From an uncultured Actinomycetes bacterium (GTDB lineage: Bacteria; Actinomycetota; Thermoleophilia; RBG-16-64-13): 64,000 nt of DNA. Below are positions 63,384 to 64,000 of this stretch, piece by piece. Each line of letters starts with the position of its first letter. Positions within the stretch are counted from its first letter, which is position 1. The stretch spans positions 118,478 to 182,477 of the forward strand of contig CAWFJE010000009.1 of assembly GCA_963816155.1 (NCBI GenBank). Reading direction: 5' to 3'. The position numbers and the translations under genes were made by a program. Under the pieces are notes generated by a model. The model saw only the letters and a list, made by a program, of their open reading frames with translations. It was not told the DNA's origin and did no database searches.

Positions 63384-63431
63384 GAGGCGGACTTCTTCCG
63401 CATCAAGGCCTGGAACTCGCAGGCCGAGGCG
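63384..63431 (+). pseudogene. ssb: Internal continuation of the interrupted ssb
   Basis: Encodes EADFFRIKAWNSQAEA, the expected next SSB strand; similarity is lost again after 63431. Confidence 0.8.
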
Positions 63432-63555
63432 AACGGGGCAAATAGTCCCTTACCGCCAGCGGACGAGCAGCCGCAATGCGATCACGCTAGCGTCCGCGGT
63501 TTCACCAGCAAGCGAAGCGCCGTCCGGTGCAACCCGCTATTGGGCAAACTCCCAC

Positions 63556-63978
63556 CTACGACGTCTCGGCCCGCAGAGCAGCCAGCAACTCCACCGGACT
63601 GAACACCGGCAACTCCGAGGCCGCGAAGCCTTTCACATCGCGAGTCACGATGGCAGCAACCCCAGACCTTCGCCCGGCCTCATGCAGCACGGCGTCCTCA
63701 AAGTCCGCGAACCCGCTGTCGAGAGCGTTGCGCAGAACGTCGCGGTCCACGCAGGCAACATCGAACATCATGAGCAAGGTGCGGACGTGCTCCGCGGCCG
63801 CCGCTTGTCCGACGGCCTTGGAGGCCAAGTAGTGGATGGTCGTCACGGTAGTGGAGCAGACGAGTCCTTCAAGACGACCGGCATCCACCAGGCTCATGAC
63901 CTGCTCAGCAGCACCAACATGGGGCTCGCGGGCAAGTAGGTGGTCGAGCACCACTTTCGTGTCCAGAAGTACCTTCAC
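63556..63978 (-). CDS. PIN-domain (VapC-like) toxin
   Basis: VLLDT.VVLD, DFEDAV and IVTRD motifs. Confidence 0.88.
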   Translation of the reverse strand: MKVLLDTKVVLDHLLAREPHVGAAEQVMSLVDAGRLEGLVCSTTVTTIHYLASKAVGQAAAAEHVRTLLMMFDVACVDRDVLRNALDSGFADFEDAVLHEAGRRSGVAAIVTRDVKGFAASELPVFSPVELLAALRAETS

Positions 63979-64000
63979 AGGTACTTCTCTTCCAGATGAC
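63975..64000 (-). CDS. 3' end of the probable cognate antitoxin (DUF6364-like), truncated by the window edge
   Basis: HLEEKYL* overlapping the PIN start (GTGA). Confidence 0.55.

Larger units (their letters stand above)
59077..63391. mobile_element. 4.3-kb integrated element (serine-recombinase type, degenerate) inserted in ssb
   Basis: Direct repeat GAGGCGGA at 59077-59084 and 63384-63391; inverted repeat GCAATTCTGC (59089-59098) / GCAGAATTGC (63364-63373); recombinase remnant at the right end; ssb resumes in frame. Confidence 0.85.

Overview
High-GC bacterial DNA, most consistent with a deep-branching actinobacterium such as Thermoleophilia (inference). Many single-base frameshifts in otherwise intact genes suggest long-read or consensus errors. 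(1) 1-32 kb is a cell-envelope locus. A polymer-synthesis operon (Wzy/ligase-like protein, two glycosyltransferases, a GT4-TagA/WecB fusion, CsaB pyruvyltransferase, MurJ-like flippase) is followed by nine SLH-domain surface proteins: M23 peptidase, amidase, SpoIID/LytB, HExxH peptidase, two large S-layer-like proteins and three CAP-domain paralogues. An ECF sigma/anti-sigma pair and an NlpC/P60-like hydrolase pair are also present. (2) 32-55 kb holds housekeeping and metabolic genes: ymdB, DUF1015, P-type ATPase, OsmC, an orphan modB, a DegV/methyltransferase/SDR/ERG4-ERG24 lipid cluster, a partial DVU_1553-1556/TrsS radical SAM cluster, SulP, and a TetR-controlled ABC exporter with visible operators. 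(3) 55-64 kb is accessory: AbrB-Doc and PIN toxin-antitoxin modules, an arylsulfatase, and a 4.3-kb element inserted into an ssb gene. That element is bounded by 8-bp direct repeats, has an attP-like inverted repeat and a truncated large serine recombinase, and its removal restores the SSB reading frame. Non-coding signals include two sigma28-type promoters, a STAB-SD-like element in the S-layer leader and an RBS-sequestering antisense leader.
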